From Bugula neritina (taxonomy: Eukaryota; Animalia; Bryozoa), in NCBI GenBank assembly GCA_964035545.1, contig OZ037768.1:18521700-18585699 (forward strand): a DNA stretch of 64,000 nt, written 5' to 3'. Positions 63,455 to 64,000 of this stretch are shown piece by piece. The notes below the pieces were generated by a model. That model was not told where the DNA came from. It searched no databases and saw nothing but the letters and a program-made list of their open reading frames with translations. A program made the position numbers and the translations under genes. Each line of letters opens with the position of its first letter. Position 1 is the stretch's first letter.

Positions 63455-64000
63455 TCATCCTCATTATTATAATTACTGTTGCGTATGTTTTGAATGCTGT
63501 AATTGTAGCTAAGTTGGGCTAGCTTTCTAATGCCTTATTATTGTGATTGTTGTTAAAGCTTTCAGTATAATGTAATTTTCATGAAATACGCATTCCAGAG
63601 TTATTTTCTCTTTCTGCTATTTTATCGTTTTGCATTAATACTGATACTGGAAATTTGTGTGGCTTTTATGAATACCTTCAATACATAGGTTGGCCTATTG
63701 AATTATTCGTTTTCCTTTGTCTACTTTTCTTTTGTTTCTGTCAAGCTTAACTTTCTTTTGTCTGTTGGAACATTCTAGATGTGAATTCTTGTGTATAAAA
63801 GCAGGCGAGTTTCCAGTATAGTTCAGACTACTACTGGAGCTCGCTGGTAGTTGGGCCCTAAGCTGTATCTGATACAATAAAGGTTATCCTTATTTGTACT
63901 CAAATACTTGGCTTATTCTCTCTAACACAAAGAGTATGTTCAGGCACTAGTTGCATTCATAACCCACAGTTTACTACACCATAAATACAGCAATTTGCTT

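Noticed and set aside
63303-63534. Ig-domain-like reading on - (LHWLIIRDL...AGYRLRV...WNYTTVKVFFVG) ending at a phase-1 donor
   Set aside because: It lacks the conserved YxC cysteine and contains a stop. The overlapping PHD-like frame matches its consensus better. Not fully excluded.
62792-64000. Right terminal inverted repeat of the RAG1-like unit
   Set aside because: Only CACTGTT (63325) and CACTGTA (63414) were found, with no further match to either candidate left end and no TSD.

Overview
AT-rich, intron-dense eukaryotic genomic DNA, probably from an invertebrate; the species cannot be determined from the sequence. From left to right: (1) two tandem, catalytically intact transglutaminase genes on + (84-9220, 19 exons, 881 aa; 12287-22670, 16 exons, 772 aa) with a mosaic gene-conversion pattern; (2) an ANKAR orthologue on - (23608 to about 49.4 kb, 29 core exons plus candidate cassette exons), whose introns hold a hAT element, a Harbinger MITE, SINEs and tandem repeats built from splice sites or RFX X-boxes; (3) two orphan 3' exons on - (53099-53589); (4) a 16-exon + strand gene (55243-62791) whose hand-spliced product carries, in order, the D/D/E, ZnC2 and ZnH2 motifs of the RAG1/Transib transposase core. 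A CACAGTG heptamer with a nonamer-like motif lies about 850 bp upstream of this gene. A degenerate PHD-finger-like frame converges on it from downstream. This arrangement is reminiscent of a RAG-like (ProtoRAG) transposon. The right terminus and any RAG2-type kelch region are not visible in the window. All exon models were assembled by eye from splice signals and phase continuity, and homologies are from remembered motifs, not database searches.
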